Below the pieces are notes generated by a model that ran no database searches, was not told where the DNA came from, and saw nothing but the letters and a program-made list of their open reading frames with translations. From Phoronis australis (lineage: Eukaryota; Animalia; Phoronida), in NCBI GenBank assembly GCA_002633005.1, contig NMRA01000361.1:396302-460301 (forward strand): a stretch of 64,000 nt of DNA, in the 5' to 3' direction. The first letter of the stretch is position 1. The number at the start of each line of letters is the position of its first letter. Shown here in pieces: positions 52,244 to 64,000 of this stretch. The position numbers were made by a program, and so were the translations under genes.

Positions 52244-53328
52244 TAAACAAACTATCCTAGAGTAAATTTTCCATACAATCGAGAGCTACAATCAATGTAG
52301 GTAAGACACTAATTAGGCCTACCATAATGATTACTTGGAGTGATTGAGGTCTAAAGCCAAGATTCGGTTCTACTGTATGTGACTCCCCAAAAATGAAAAA
52401 ATGAGGCAGTCCATATCTAATTTCAATTTTGTAGACGTAATGGGAAGTGATTGCAGCAAAGTAGTTCTTTGAAATCGTTTGGAGTAAACGAGTTCATACA
52501 CGTGGCTTCTCTTGTGTTACCCGGATCTGAAAGTTCCGCCCTTTTGAAAGCGTTACCTTGTTTAGACCGTCTTTATTCTACAAATACAGATACTTTTCAG
52601 GTAACTGGGAATTGGAAAAATTCTGGTATCGGAAGACATTTTTAGCTTAGATTTCTGGAATCTAAAGGTCAAGAGTGTTTGGAATCTTGATCAAATTTGT
52701 TTTAGGCCAAAACATGAGCACAAACTTTAAAATTAGCTCGCAAGTAAGCAGAGACATATTGACCTGACGTTTCAATTTATTCGCTATAAACCATTCTCAA
52801 GGCAAAAGCTTATTTTTCAATCAAGTAACACAGGTGGAGAACAAACTGTACAGGTACATGTCAAAATACATTGTAAGTAGAGATGCCAGAAATCAAAACA
52901 GTTGGACCTCAAATGAACCAATGTTTTCTATTGATATAGCGCTCAGCATGATTCAACCGTATTGCATCGCCTCCGTTAGGAGGAGCCTGAGAGTGGCATT
53001 ATCCTTGTCTAAGATCTGAACACCAGAGCAATCTATAGTGTGACCAGTTGTCAAAGAATGATTGAGAACAGCACTGTGTGTGTCTTTACAGTGTTCTTTG
53101 ACTCTGATGCTAAGAATCCTGTTCGTCATTCCAGTGTAAAACTTTCACATTCATTATAGTTGAGTTGGTAGTCAACCGAAACGTCAGATCAACATGTCTC
53201 TGTTTACTTGTCCGCTAATTTTGAAGTTTGTAAATCTTGTTTCCAATCTGAGGCCTTATCAATGGTGAATTTTTGATTTTGGAAGACAATTCCGAATTCC
53301 CAAACTTTCGGCCACTTTTGGCATCTAG
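52244..53328 (-). mobile_element. Insertion containing a Penelope-like retroelement 3' fragment (GIY-YIG endonuclease remnant)
   Basis: Minus-strand 'VDYQLNYNECESF/YTGMTNRILSIRVKEHCKDTHSAVLNHSLTTGHTIDCSGVQILDKDNATLRLLLTEAM' at ~52965-53176. The flanks rejoin to the uninterrupted site in copy 2 (CTTGATTTTTTTCCGATGGAT, 41305). Confidence 0.75.
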
Positions 53329-56300
53329 GTTTTTTCCGATGGATATACTCCAGCAAAATGCCACTGCTTCGTCTAAATTCTTTATCCACTATAGAAACTC
53401 CATAGAGACTGATTTCGGTAAATTGTGCATTTTTGAACTACATGTAGGTCATTTCCAGGGAAGGTCAAGGGCCAAATCGACGAATTTTTCTTATTTTTCG
53501 GAAGTAATTTCATAAACTGAGAAAATTATTTATGCCATTATGAAGATTAGACCCGTTTTTTCCATAGGATGTGCTCATTTTTATTATATGGCATTCTTAA
53601 GGAAGTAATTGTGATTTGAAAATGTTGGTTTCAACGCACGCTACGGAAAATTGCCCACATGCGCTCTCGGGTATACTGTTAATGTATAGGTGGCGCTTAA
53701 GCTAAATATACTCTCGGAGGTGATCTATGATCACCGCCATATTGATATGTGCAAGGGTTGTTGGCAATTGTTTACGTTCGGAGGAGATTCCTCAACAATA
53801 CCCAAGTAAGGTACTGCTAGTGAGTGATAATTAGAGCTACCCGAAGAAAAGGTTTATTCAAATCGGGTTATAGGTTTTAATTATTATCTGCAGACCTAGT
53901 CGCTTGAAAAAAGTATACCAAGGTGATCAAATTTTATCAATGTGATTAGAAAATGCAATATTTAATTTTATGCGCTTTAGAAAAAAAATGAGCTTCTCCA
54001 CAATCCGAAATCGTTTCTAAAATGGACGTAACAAATTTTTGCGAAATGATCTGATTATTCATCTTGCAAACAATGTCAGCTCATCTTTTTATTTTTAAGT
54101 TATTTAGTTTTCCATTCAAACCTGTCCAACATCTGCTTTAATTTGCGAAATATCTGAAGGAGCCACTTGCGAATGTTTTTTTTTCTGAAAAGTGCTAATG
54201 GAAATAAGAGCGTTCTTTAGAAACAAGTTGCTTTTTGAATGGCATAGGTGCACGCCATATGCAAGATATTAGTGTATTTTCTATTAGCGGTTAAAACATG
54301 TAGTGTTACTCCACCAACACACAAGAACAAAAGCAGCGTGAACAATGACATTTGTGAACCAACATATCATCCTCAAACGCAAAAAGTTCAAATTATTGGG
54401 CAAAATGCACGATTGAAGTCTAACTTCGTGAGCAAACTTTTCTTAAAAGCCACTGAAAGCTTTAAAATCTTGTTCATGCAGTTGTTTTCTTTTGAACGAA
54501 TGCTTTGTTGGGTATGCTCTTTAGGGGTGTAATTTTTGGGAATTCCCAAACGATGTCAGCACATGCCTACAATTGGATGTACAACGACTTGTACATGTAT
54601 AATGCAGTAGGCCTAGGCTTACTGAGAGCGCTTATTGACAAGAACTTTCACTGCATTCAGGGAGCCAAATAGCAATGTGTATTTTTAAAATGATGGGGTG
54701 CGCCAGACCATCAACTTCAAGCATTTCTACGCAACTTTTTCACGTACAAGAGCATGCGCCTAACTCCGAATATAGGTGTAGGCTCGAATGTAGGCGCATG
54801 ATCCTATATACGCCAAAACCAAAGTTTTTTACGTATCCGTCACTGAATTTTGTGAAAAAATGGTGACATTTAAAATTTTAGATGCTATACTTGGGTAATG
54901 CCATTCTAATCGACTTCTGCGGTTCTATGGAAACGACGTAATCTTGATTTCCATACTGATTCAATCACCAACACAGACCACACCTCAAAACGTTTTAAAC
55001 CTGTGCTCTCTGTTGAAAACAAAAAAACTTTTGGTTTAGACTAATAAATTTTATATTTATTATATTTTGTCACAATAAATTACCTTATTTCGCCAACCTT
55101 AGTCTCCTGTTCATCTCTGAAGAGTCGGACAAGTTTGCGACGCACGGAATTTTTCTTGGGACAAATGCCGATTATAAATGGTTTAAATTCATTTTAAATT
55201 TTATTCTGTTCAAAACCGATTTCCAGTGCACGGGAAAAACTTACAGTTCGTTACTTACACGTTGGATTTGTCGAGGAGAATTACTGCAACCGATTCACAT
55301 CTGACGTACGGTGTTTTGGAAGCGGGGAGAAAATTGTTTTCGACACGAGTACATAGTTTGAAATATTTTACTTTATCATTATGAAATAAACAGTTTGATA
55401 AGCTATTAAAATAGCTGTGTTCAAGGCTCTCAATCTTTCAATTCGAAATGGGACTGGGAGCTTCTGAGTGTGAAAATGTTATCAGAATAAGGCTCTCAGG
55501 GAAGCTTTTGCAAAGTCCTGAACGAAGCCAAAAATATCCCAGACAATGTCGTCTCACTAGCCTAGTGAACGCGCCACTCTGTGGAAATTTCAAAAAAGGT
55601 TGACATGGAGCCAGTTTGCTTAGAGCAATTGCAAATTATAAACTTTGAAGAAATAAAAATTTAGTTCTTCCGCAAGAGTGTGTCTGAGTGAGTGTGCTGA
55701 TTTCGTGAGTTCTTGGAGGACGTTCTAACCATAAGGGAAATAATTGATTTGTCAAAAATATTTTCTTGATTTACCTGGAGTAGTAACTGGTTATTTTGGG
55801 TGTAATCATTCATCAAAATCGTCTGCCAGGGTAAGTCGTGCCGACTATGATTTTCTGCGGGGAGCTCTGACGGAAACTCTTATAATATCCATCTTAAGTT
55901 TCGTGTATTTTTATGTGTGGTACTTTTAGACTGGTGGCCGTGCATGTACAAGTGAAATTTCAAAGGGAAGGCAAAATGAGTTTCAATACCATACACCTTC
56001 AAATTTGAGGGACCCGTTTCTTAGTCCACTGTTCATAGTTTTCTCAGCATAGCAGATCAGCTTAAAAAAATGCTTTTCAGGGATGTTTATTTCTCGAATA
56101 TTAAAGTTGAAAATAAGTGGTTATTTTGGACTCTGACCTTTTCTTTTTATTTAGCATTGACCTCAATAATCCCTGAACGCGCTATAAGTGAACGAAACAG
56201 CAAACACTTTCAGCCGTAGCAAGGGCCCCCATCCTCCCAAAGATAGTAGGCCTACTATACTGTATCGTTGGGAATTTGATAGCCACTGATGAGAATTTCG

Positions 56301-59300
56301 CATCGCGACCAGCATTGTGATTCGAAGTATGTCCCAGTTTGAAAGGCACTCACTTAGTCAGTGGCTTAATTAGTACCTGGCACATAAGATTGTCTCCGCT
56401 TACGTCATTGATGACTACCGATCACGAAAGATTCAATTTGTTCCGTTCTCAGACGTCACCATTTCTCTGCCCCTGTTGCACCCTAATTTCCTTCTCCGGT
56501 ACCAACCCTTACCGGTGACCATTGTATTCTGTCCCCAATCGCCGTCCTCTCCCCCAAGACCTGGTTCCTGAGCCCAACTAGTTTGTTCGCTGTAAAACAT
56601 GCCGTGTTCAAAGTACCCTAGCGTCATTAATATGTGATCTTCAAGGACCGAGATGGTATCACTTTGTAGGGAAAGACTTCAGCCAACTTTGAGTGGCCAC
56701 TTTTACTGTTTTTTAATCTGGTTTTGGCGTCCTCTCTTTATCAGCCAAACCACTCTAAGGATGATCATGAAAATTGGCAAGTACACTCCTACTGTGAAGA
56801 AACGGCTGACGATTATTTTCGCCGGGCGGTTCCGCCTACTCCGGCTCCTCCTAGTGGTAGTTTTTTGGCTGCATCTCCTAACCTTCTGCTGGATCTTTGT
56901 TAAATTTTGGCAAGCGTATTTACCGCTGTGCCCCCAGTGGCAATTCGATTTCTCTGATTCTTTAGAGTTGGCCTGGATGGATTTTTATGAATTTTGGCAA
57001 ATAGATTTTTATGAAAGAGGCAATTGCTTGTTGCTGTTTTCAGATGGATTCGAGCAGTGCGCGCCACGTAGTGGCTGTTTGTATTGAGTTTTGGCATTCG
57101 CTTCTCTATCGCCCAAGCTACTCTAAGGATGACTGAAAGCTTGCCTGCTAGGAAGAGAACGGCTGACTTAATGGGACGTCTCCGACAACTGCGGCGCCTC
57201 CTACAAGCAGTTTTGTTTTATTTTTGCCTTCGTCGCTTTTTGTGTTTTCTAAACCATCTGCATGATCTTTTTCAAATCTTTGAAGTGTGTTTGCATGAAG
57301 ATGAGAACGAATGTCGACGACATGACTGACAATCTTGGACCGTTTCGACTACTGTGGTGCCCACTATTGGCAGTTTTTTTCCATCCGAAGCTGTTTCTCA
57401 TTAGCCTCAGCAGGATTTTCTTGAAATTTGCCGAGCGCATTTCTATGAACGTGACTACTTTTGGACGTATCTGATTACTACTGTGACCTGTTGGCAGTTG
57501 TGTTCCTACTGAGGAGAGTATTGCCGACTTGTTATGCACCCCCTAGAGGCTATTTGAGGTTTACTAGCATTGCTCCTTTTAACGCTATACAATGCACCTC
57601 GTGAGCGCGTGTTAATGCTCCACGCTGCTCATGTTTACCCAAAACGTTGAGAGGGGATTTTTAAAAAACTTCCAGATGATGATCAGAATGGAAACTGTGT
57701 TTTGTAGACATATAACTGATAGTGAGCTGTGCCGGATTAAGGTTTCTCGGGATCCTGAGCTATAGGCAGTGTGGGCACAATTTTCAATGATTTGTACGCT
57801 GCCATATGGTATTCGTATTGTGGTACCTCGAATGTCTTAGCTGGCTCAATTTCGAGGGGCCATTTTTGAGTTTCTGGCAGGACCTTTCCAGAATACAATT
57901 TTCTGTCACGGGTCATTTGGTGCTCAGTGTGGCACGATTTTGTTTTTCAGTTTTCGCCGGTATCTCGAATATTTAATTTAGCTCAATTTTGGCCCTCGAA
58001 AGGTCCCCAGTGCAGACCACACCCAGTGTGTAGACACCGGCAGACATCAACTTCTGTGCATTCTAAGTGCTCGTGTGGCCAGATGCTGGTACGTCTCTCT
58101 ATGCTCTCGGCTGCCGGTCTAGTAGTCACTCCTGGATTGGCAGATTAGAAAACAAAGACCTCGCAATTATCTCCTCTTTTCTGGTGTCGCAACAATCAAG
58201 CTCTCACATTACGCGATATGTCACCTTTTATTTACGTAATCATGCTTGGTTTCATTTTGTTGTTTCCATATTCATATTGACGGTGGATATTTTTTAAAAC
58301 GTGAAATTTTCAGGGTTCTGTTTCATGGAACTATTTTTGTCTTAACTTTGACCAAAATAACAACGTTGTAATTTCATCTCGTGTCACAATGCGCTTGTTG
58401 AACAATGCGATTGACGTCATGCCAATCAAACTTGAGACTTTCAAAAAGAGCCCAGATCAAAATCCTGCATTGTTGTCTTTTTCTCTATTTCAAAAGAATG
58501 TCACCATTGCAGTGGTTAATATGAAGGCATGAAGGTCAATATGGAAAGTTATTGGCTCCGAAATATTGCTGCTCAAGTAAAACGAATCGTAGTTTGGTAA
58601 TGTTTTGCCTATACATAGGTCTTGAAACAAATTGGTGATGGCCTTCCCAGCGTTCTATGTTAAACACGCGTACGAGGTGGAGTTATCTTCGATACCGATA
58701 TAAAATTCATACATGTTTGGCTTTGCAAGGACGTGAACATGCAGGAAGCAGAGCCGTGTGGGAACTAACACGCTTGTGATAATCACTTCACGAAAGCATA
58801 AATAACTTTCGTCCAGTCCGCGACTCTGAAAGCTACAAAATGAGGTTGTGGGTGATCGTTTGTTTGATAGTTTCCACTTGATACAGTGTGTTGGCTATTC
58901 CGTTGGATCAAACAGGGGTAAATGGTTGGATGAAAGGTTTTATGTAACCCTTACATAGGCTCAGCCGGTCAGTGCTCGTCGTTTGTCTCGTTTATTGTAT
59001 TCATTTTTAAACGACAAAATAATGCATGGCGAATATAAAATTTGCCTATGCGTTGAATGAATATAATTCAGTTGTTTGCACTAACTATTGTGCGAATAGA
59101 TTTATTACCTTATGTTAATATGATATTTTTATCTTGATTTATGTACGTGTAAATGTATATCTGAAGACAATAAAAGCTGAAAAAATGGCAAGTGAGCTTA
59201 AATATTCACCGTCCAGAGCAAATTGTGGAAAACTGACACTTTCAGTAGACGTTCTAGAAGTTAAGATAGAAAAAGCACCCAGGAACCTTTTTTTGAAAGC

Positions 59301-60975
59301 CTGAATTAGCCCTACTTGGAAATGTATTTTTACCAAAACCATCGAACACATAAATTATCGATTTCGTATTGTTTGACCAAAGTCAGTAAGCCTAGGGGTT
59401 TATTAAATTTGGTAATTTACGGCATTCCTGTGCTCAGAGTGATTTTTAACACATATTGTAGGTACATGTACTAAGCTCACGTGTGTTGCCATTCAAGATA
59501 GGCTATATGTGCATAGAGCACAGTTTGGCGTGTCAACGGGCCAACTTGGAGATATTTACCAAAAATACGTCTAACGTCAATTCAGACCACATGAAGTGTT
59601 AACTTGCGTGATTTTATGACTCGACTTTTGTGGCACGTTGCAAAATTTAGGGTATTATATAACGATGATGTTTCAGGCCGTATGAAGCGGGGGCACATGC
59701 CCCCAAATATTTCGCCGGCCTGAGGGTTAAATAGCGGCGACCGGCATAGGCGAAGGGACAAGTGCAATCGAGAAAAGAAAAACAGCGAAACATGTAAAGA
59801 GTGAAAATCGAACAGCGATTTCGTGAAGTGTTAGTGTTGGGCCTTGGCCAGGACATTTTTGTTGGAGGTACACATTTTTGTTGGAGGTACACTTTGTTGT
59901 TAGAGGTACACTTTTTTGCATCAATGATCTTCTAAACGCGCTTGGAAACGTACTTATAATATTACACGCAAGCGTCGGAAAAGTCCGATCAAATTGATTT
60001 TAGATTTTAAAGTTTCAGGTGGTAATTTTAGAGAATACAAAACTGCATTTAACCAGAGAACCTCTCCGTCGCTCTATTTTTCCGTTTTTGTTATAATTGT
60101 ATTTCACTTGATATAAATTAGGAACCCGGCCAAGAGGGGCGCTGATGACAGCATTCAGCTGTTGCTCATTTCTTATTTTTTGGAACTACATGCATGTCCA
60201 TATATAGGTGCTTCATCCGGGACTTATTGACCCACAGCCACCCTTTTCATGGATTTAAATTATTTCTTTTTTCACTCACGGAGGGAGGCCTTACAACGGA
60301 ATCAACTGACTCCTGTTTTTTGTGAAATCGCACAACTTTTTATCAACTATTCACGAAGTAACGTAGATAAAAGTTTTAATTGGCCCAGAAAAGAACAAAA
60401 CATGCTTAGGTGGCCAACAGCATCAAGACACGTAGCTCAATTGATCAAAAATGTGAAATGGTATCGAAAAAAGCAATAACAATAACGTTCTGAGGATACA
60501 CGTTTGAAGACGAATGTTTATTAATTACACAAAACTTCGGTATTTTTCTTAAAGAATTCCAAGAATAGTATTTCTTTCGAAAATAATTATAAGAAATGCA
60601 TTGTTGATGAAAGAGGTATTGTTCGTACATGCAGGAAGCTAGCACGTGTCAATCAGGTTGTAGGGGATTTCTGATGACCGTGTACTCGCAACCGCAAATA
60701 AAGATTTCTGTGGTCTTTGAAGAGCAAATTGAATTCACAAACTGTAAATAGCTACCACTAGAATTAACCAGAGTTCACGTTGACAAGAATCAATTCTGAA
60801 AATTTGTTGGGGGGCCCCGTCTCCCATGCTGTTCCGCTTGCCCTTCATACTATTTAAAAACCTACTCCAAAGGCGCGCTGAGTGCGCCTCTAATTTTTAT
60901 GCTGTGTTGTCATCTGTGACGCTCAACTTGTTATTACGTGTAGGTCATTTTGTTCCGCCTAGTAACCTGGAAAGG

Positions 60976-61310
60976 CTCGCTGGTTCCCTGCGTGCCGCTA
61001 GGTGGTCGGTAGTCAGCACGCAGGTATCACTTAATTTTCTTCAGGAATTTTTTTTACACCGTCGTTTCTGATTGGCTAGTCGAATTCTCAACCGGCAGCG
61101 CTTTACGCAAACAAACTGGCGTGACTGATGGACTGAAGTGTTAATGTGGTAAAATTTCTGTTCAGGAAATGTGAATCCCAGAAATTGTGGTTGCGCCTTT
61201 TCGGAGTGCATCTTTCCACTGTCGATGACTTTTGTTTACGATAGTGTCCTGTATTCATACAGTATAAATAACACCGCCCCGATTAAATCGGCCAGACAAG
61301 TATTTATTGT
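60976..61310 (+). mobile_element. Partial copy of the 7090-7838 MITE family
   Basis: CTCGCTGGTTCCCTGCGTGCCGCTAGGTGGTC... is colinear with 7090-7400 and 7580-7615. No right TIR seen. Confidence 0.8.
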
Positions 61311-62271
61311 ACGCAACTAATTGATATAAAAATTCAACTCGAAACTGGTGATTAGCCGAGATTTCATGGCAAAATATTGCTCTTCAGACCTTTCAATTTC
61401 ATAGCAAAGAACTCACAAATTCGAACACTGTTTTTAGAAGTGTTACTCAACGCTGTTCTATTTGTACTTTCTAAGCCAACATTATCGCATTATCTTACTT
61501 AAATCTGGTGGGATTATCTACAAATATAGCAAACGAAGTATTAGCGATTTCAGAAGAAAAAGCGTGACATTTTCTCGTAATATTGGGCATGAGACTCATG
61601 CTTAGGAAGCAATAACAAATTGCCATTTCTGCTTTTGATAACTCCTTCTGCTTCCCGTTCTCGTAAGTTGTCCCTTTGTCGAACTATTCTTGAGTGGACT
61701 CGCAAATTGTCGTCGATTTTCAAGACATGTCGTTTGGCAGCTTTAGTGAGCCGACTCATAAGCGAGATGGTCTAACCACCGGGTGACTGAACAATGTCCG
61801 TCATTTCTTTGAAGAATTACAACAACGACACCTGGTGGAATAAGATTGTTGATGAATTTATCGAATTTTCAATGTTTATCGTGGTGTTGAGCCGCAACGA
61901 TTCCAATCTCTGATGCTTGAACTCGCTTTTCAGAGGACAAGGAGCGCCCGTACATCTCGGAAATGTACCGCGAAGGTAAAATCCTCTTTAAGACTGAAAA
62001 ATTCAAGAAAATGATCTGTTAATGGTGAAAATATAACTTAGCGTTTTCGAATTGCGTTTTGCCGACAGTTTAATCTGTGTGTTAATTTTTTAAAAACTTT
62101 CTGTGTAATTCTTGTCAGCACGTTTGTATTTTTGGCATTTGATAAATTTTTCTTCACGTGGTGTGCATCATTGTGATTTCACAATTTTAACGATGGAATA
62201 GCAGTTCAATCGTATATTTACAAATGCACAACTTTGGTGGAGTTCTTACAATGTTAAAAGTAATATATATA

Positions 62272-62430
62272 TAAATATAGATTCTTACATGGCGAAGTCG
62301 TTATCCCTCGTTATCTAGAGCCCGAGTGGATTTTGGAGAATTATCGCCCGAGGGTGATAATTCTCCAAAATCCACGAGGGCTCTAGATAACGGGGGATAA
62401 CGACTGAGAACATGTAATAATCTATTTATA
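62272..62430. repeat. Near-perfect ~160-bp palindrome (hairpin MITE, possibly Crypton-derived)
   Basis: TAGATTCTTACATG..GTCGTTATCCCTCGTTATCTAGAGCCCGAGTGGATTTTGGAGAATTATCGCCC-GA-GGGTGATAATTCTCCAAAATCCACGAGGGCTCTAGATAACGGGGGATAACGAC..CATGTAATAATCTA. Confidence 0.85.
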
Positions 62431-64000
62431 CCACATACTAAACGAGAAACATTGCAATGAATCGATTTACCTTTTCTGACTCTCCACGGCTTTGTAACTA
62501 CTTTCTATGTCAGAGGCCCGGGGTCGGAGGTCGTGACCTTTTAAGAAAAGCCGGGCTATTTTTGTCAAATAATGCTTTTACTCAAAACCAAATGAAAACT
62601 TAAATATTATAGAAATAAGTTGAATTTACAAATTAAGGTTTACCAACTATTATAGCTTAAAACACGTTTTTTTCACGCTAAGCTTCGACCGGAAAATTAT
62701 CGTCTGCTAAAGTAGATACCACTGGTAACTGAATCCTATCACCATCTCAGCACATGTTGTCCGTAGTCAGGAGAATAACTAAAAATTGTGACGATAGGAG
62801 GGCTCAGCACTCACGTGACATATCCCATTGGTTTATACCTGTTTAGCACTCCTCCCATGTACCCACATGGGAGGGGGTCAACACTAGGCGCCCATTTGGC
62901 GCCCACCTGGTTTACACTCCACCCTTTTACCCCTTTCATTGCTAGCGCCTGCATGGGGGCAAAATTACCCTGAACCAGTGGCGGGTTTAGAAGAGGGTCA
63001 AGGGTGCCATTCTCCCCACCCGATATTCTCCTAGACTCCATTTGGCAGTTCGGGAGTGCAAATGTCTGAATGGCAAAATTCTGGCTGATAGCTGCCCTAC
63101 CCCCCAAACACAAAATCCTGGATCCACTGTGTGAACCCCCAGGAGCTATCCCCAAAATTTTGTAGTCCATGGAGGTATGAGATGTTATAAGGAACGGTAA
63201 TTGTCTTATTAAGAACTCAAACATTGCTTTTGAAGGGAGCTTCAAGAGAATGAAAGCAAATTCACTTTAACATTAATTAAAACACACATTTTCATTCTGA
63301 TTCGATTATAATTAGATGTTAGTTTACGTATTCCAATCCTTATCAATCGGATAGTGGTTTTATTGCACGTCGAACATCATTAAAGTATGAATTTATCAGT
63401 GTTTAAAAAGTTCGGACTGCGCCGCTAAATTACTGTTGCTTATTCGCCGCTTGGGGGGCTAGTTTTCGACCGGTAACCATTGCGGTGAATGGCAAGATGG
63501 TGAAGTGAACACTCCTATTCTATGTTCACTCCTTGGTTCAACTTCAGAGTTAAAGTACAGCGAAATTATCGCAAGGTGGTGCTAAATATGACCTTTGGTC
63601 AAGATATGGCTTTACTGTTTATTTTTGACAACGATTGCCATTGAATATGGCAATTAAGGACCTCCCCCAGACGGAAACTAAAACTTCAACTTCACAAGAC
63701 AGTCAAGGTTTGCCTCGTTGGGACGATAACAATTTACTAGAAAATGACATATTAGAAAAATTGACTCATGCACAGGCTAAACAAAGGCGGTATGGCGTAG
63801 CTGCAGGGGAACTCATTTTGCGTACACTGCACGTTCAACGATTTTTTAATGCAAAGAATCCAGAAAATATGTGGATAAACTGACATAGAATACTTTTAGC
63901 CACAAAATAATATTAAATATTAGAACAAAACAGTGACCAGTCACCTCCCGCAATTGGCAAACGCAGGAAGTGAACCCTGCCGATAACTCCGACGATGACA

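Larger units (their letters stand above)
49035..54530. repeat. Older, more diverged duplication unit C carrying peptide gene 3
   Basis: 49035-49250 ~ 24180-24375 ~ 17480-17740; 50140-51900 ~ 19030-20980; 53330-54520 ~ 21330-22520. Confidence 0.85.

Noticed and set aside
63635-63883. 82-aa ORF near the window end
   Set aside because: Non-ATG start, no recognisable motif and no splice context I can support.

Overview
AT-rich, intron- and transposon-rich animal DNA; the repeat content looks like a marine lophotrochozoan such as a mollusc (inference only). From left to right: (1) the last ten coding exons of an SLC6 monoamine transporter most like the serotonin transporter SERT (+, 924-10799; the 5' exons lie outside the window); (2) a complete four-exon NDUFS6 gene (-, 12872-15670); (3) a tandem cluster of three intact paralogous three-exon genes (+, 19273-21258, 39232-41249, 50383-52178) that the ORF track misses or mis-starts. 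Each spliced gene gives a 120-aa precursor: signal peptide, short pro-piece ending in a furin-type site (REKR), and a 92-aa mature helical protein starting 'GW', with a strongly cationic amphipathic N-terminal third, an acidic middle and two invariant Cys. I do not recognise the family. Its architecture suggests a secreted membrane-active or antimicrobial effector, and it is the best candidate for an undescribed system here. The cluster appears to have arisen by two rounds of duplication. The younger round also copied NDUFS6 exon 1 and its promoter (35410-35550), and the intron stump of that copy holds a nested stack of transposons (hAT > AcademX-like > 9-bp-TSD element > palindromic MITE). 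The rest of the window is SINEs, LINE and Penelope fragments, MITEs, a minisatellite and two assembly gaps. All coordinates were read by eye.
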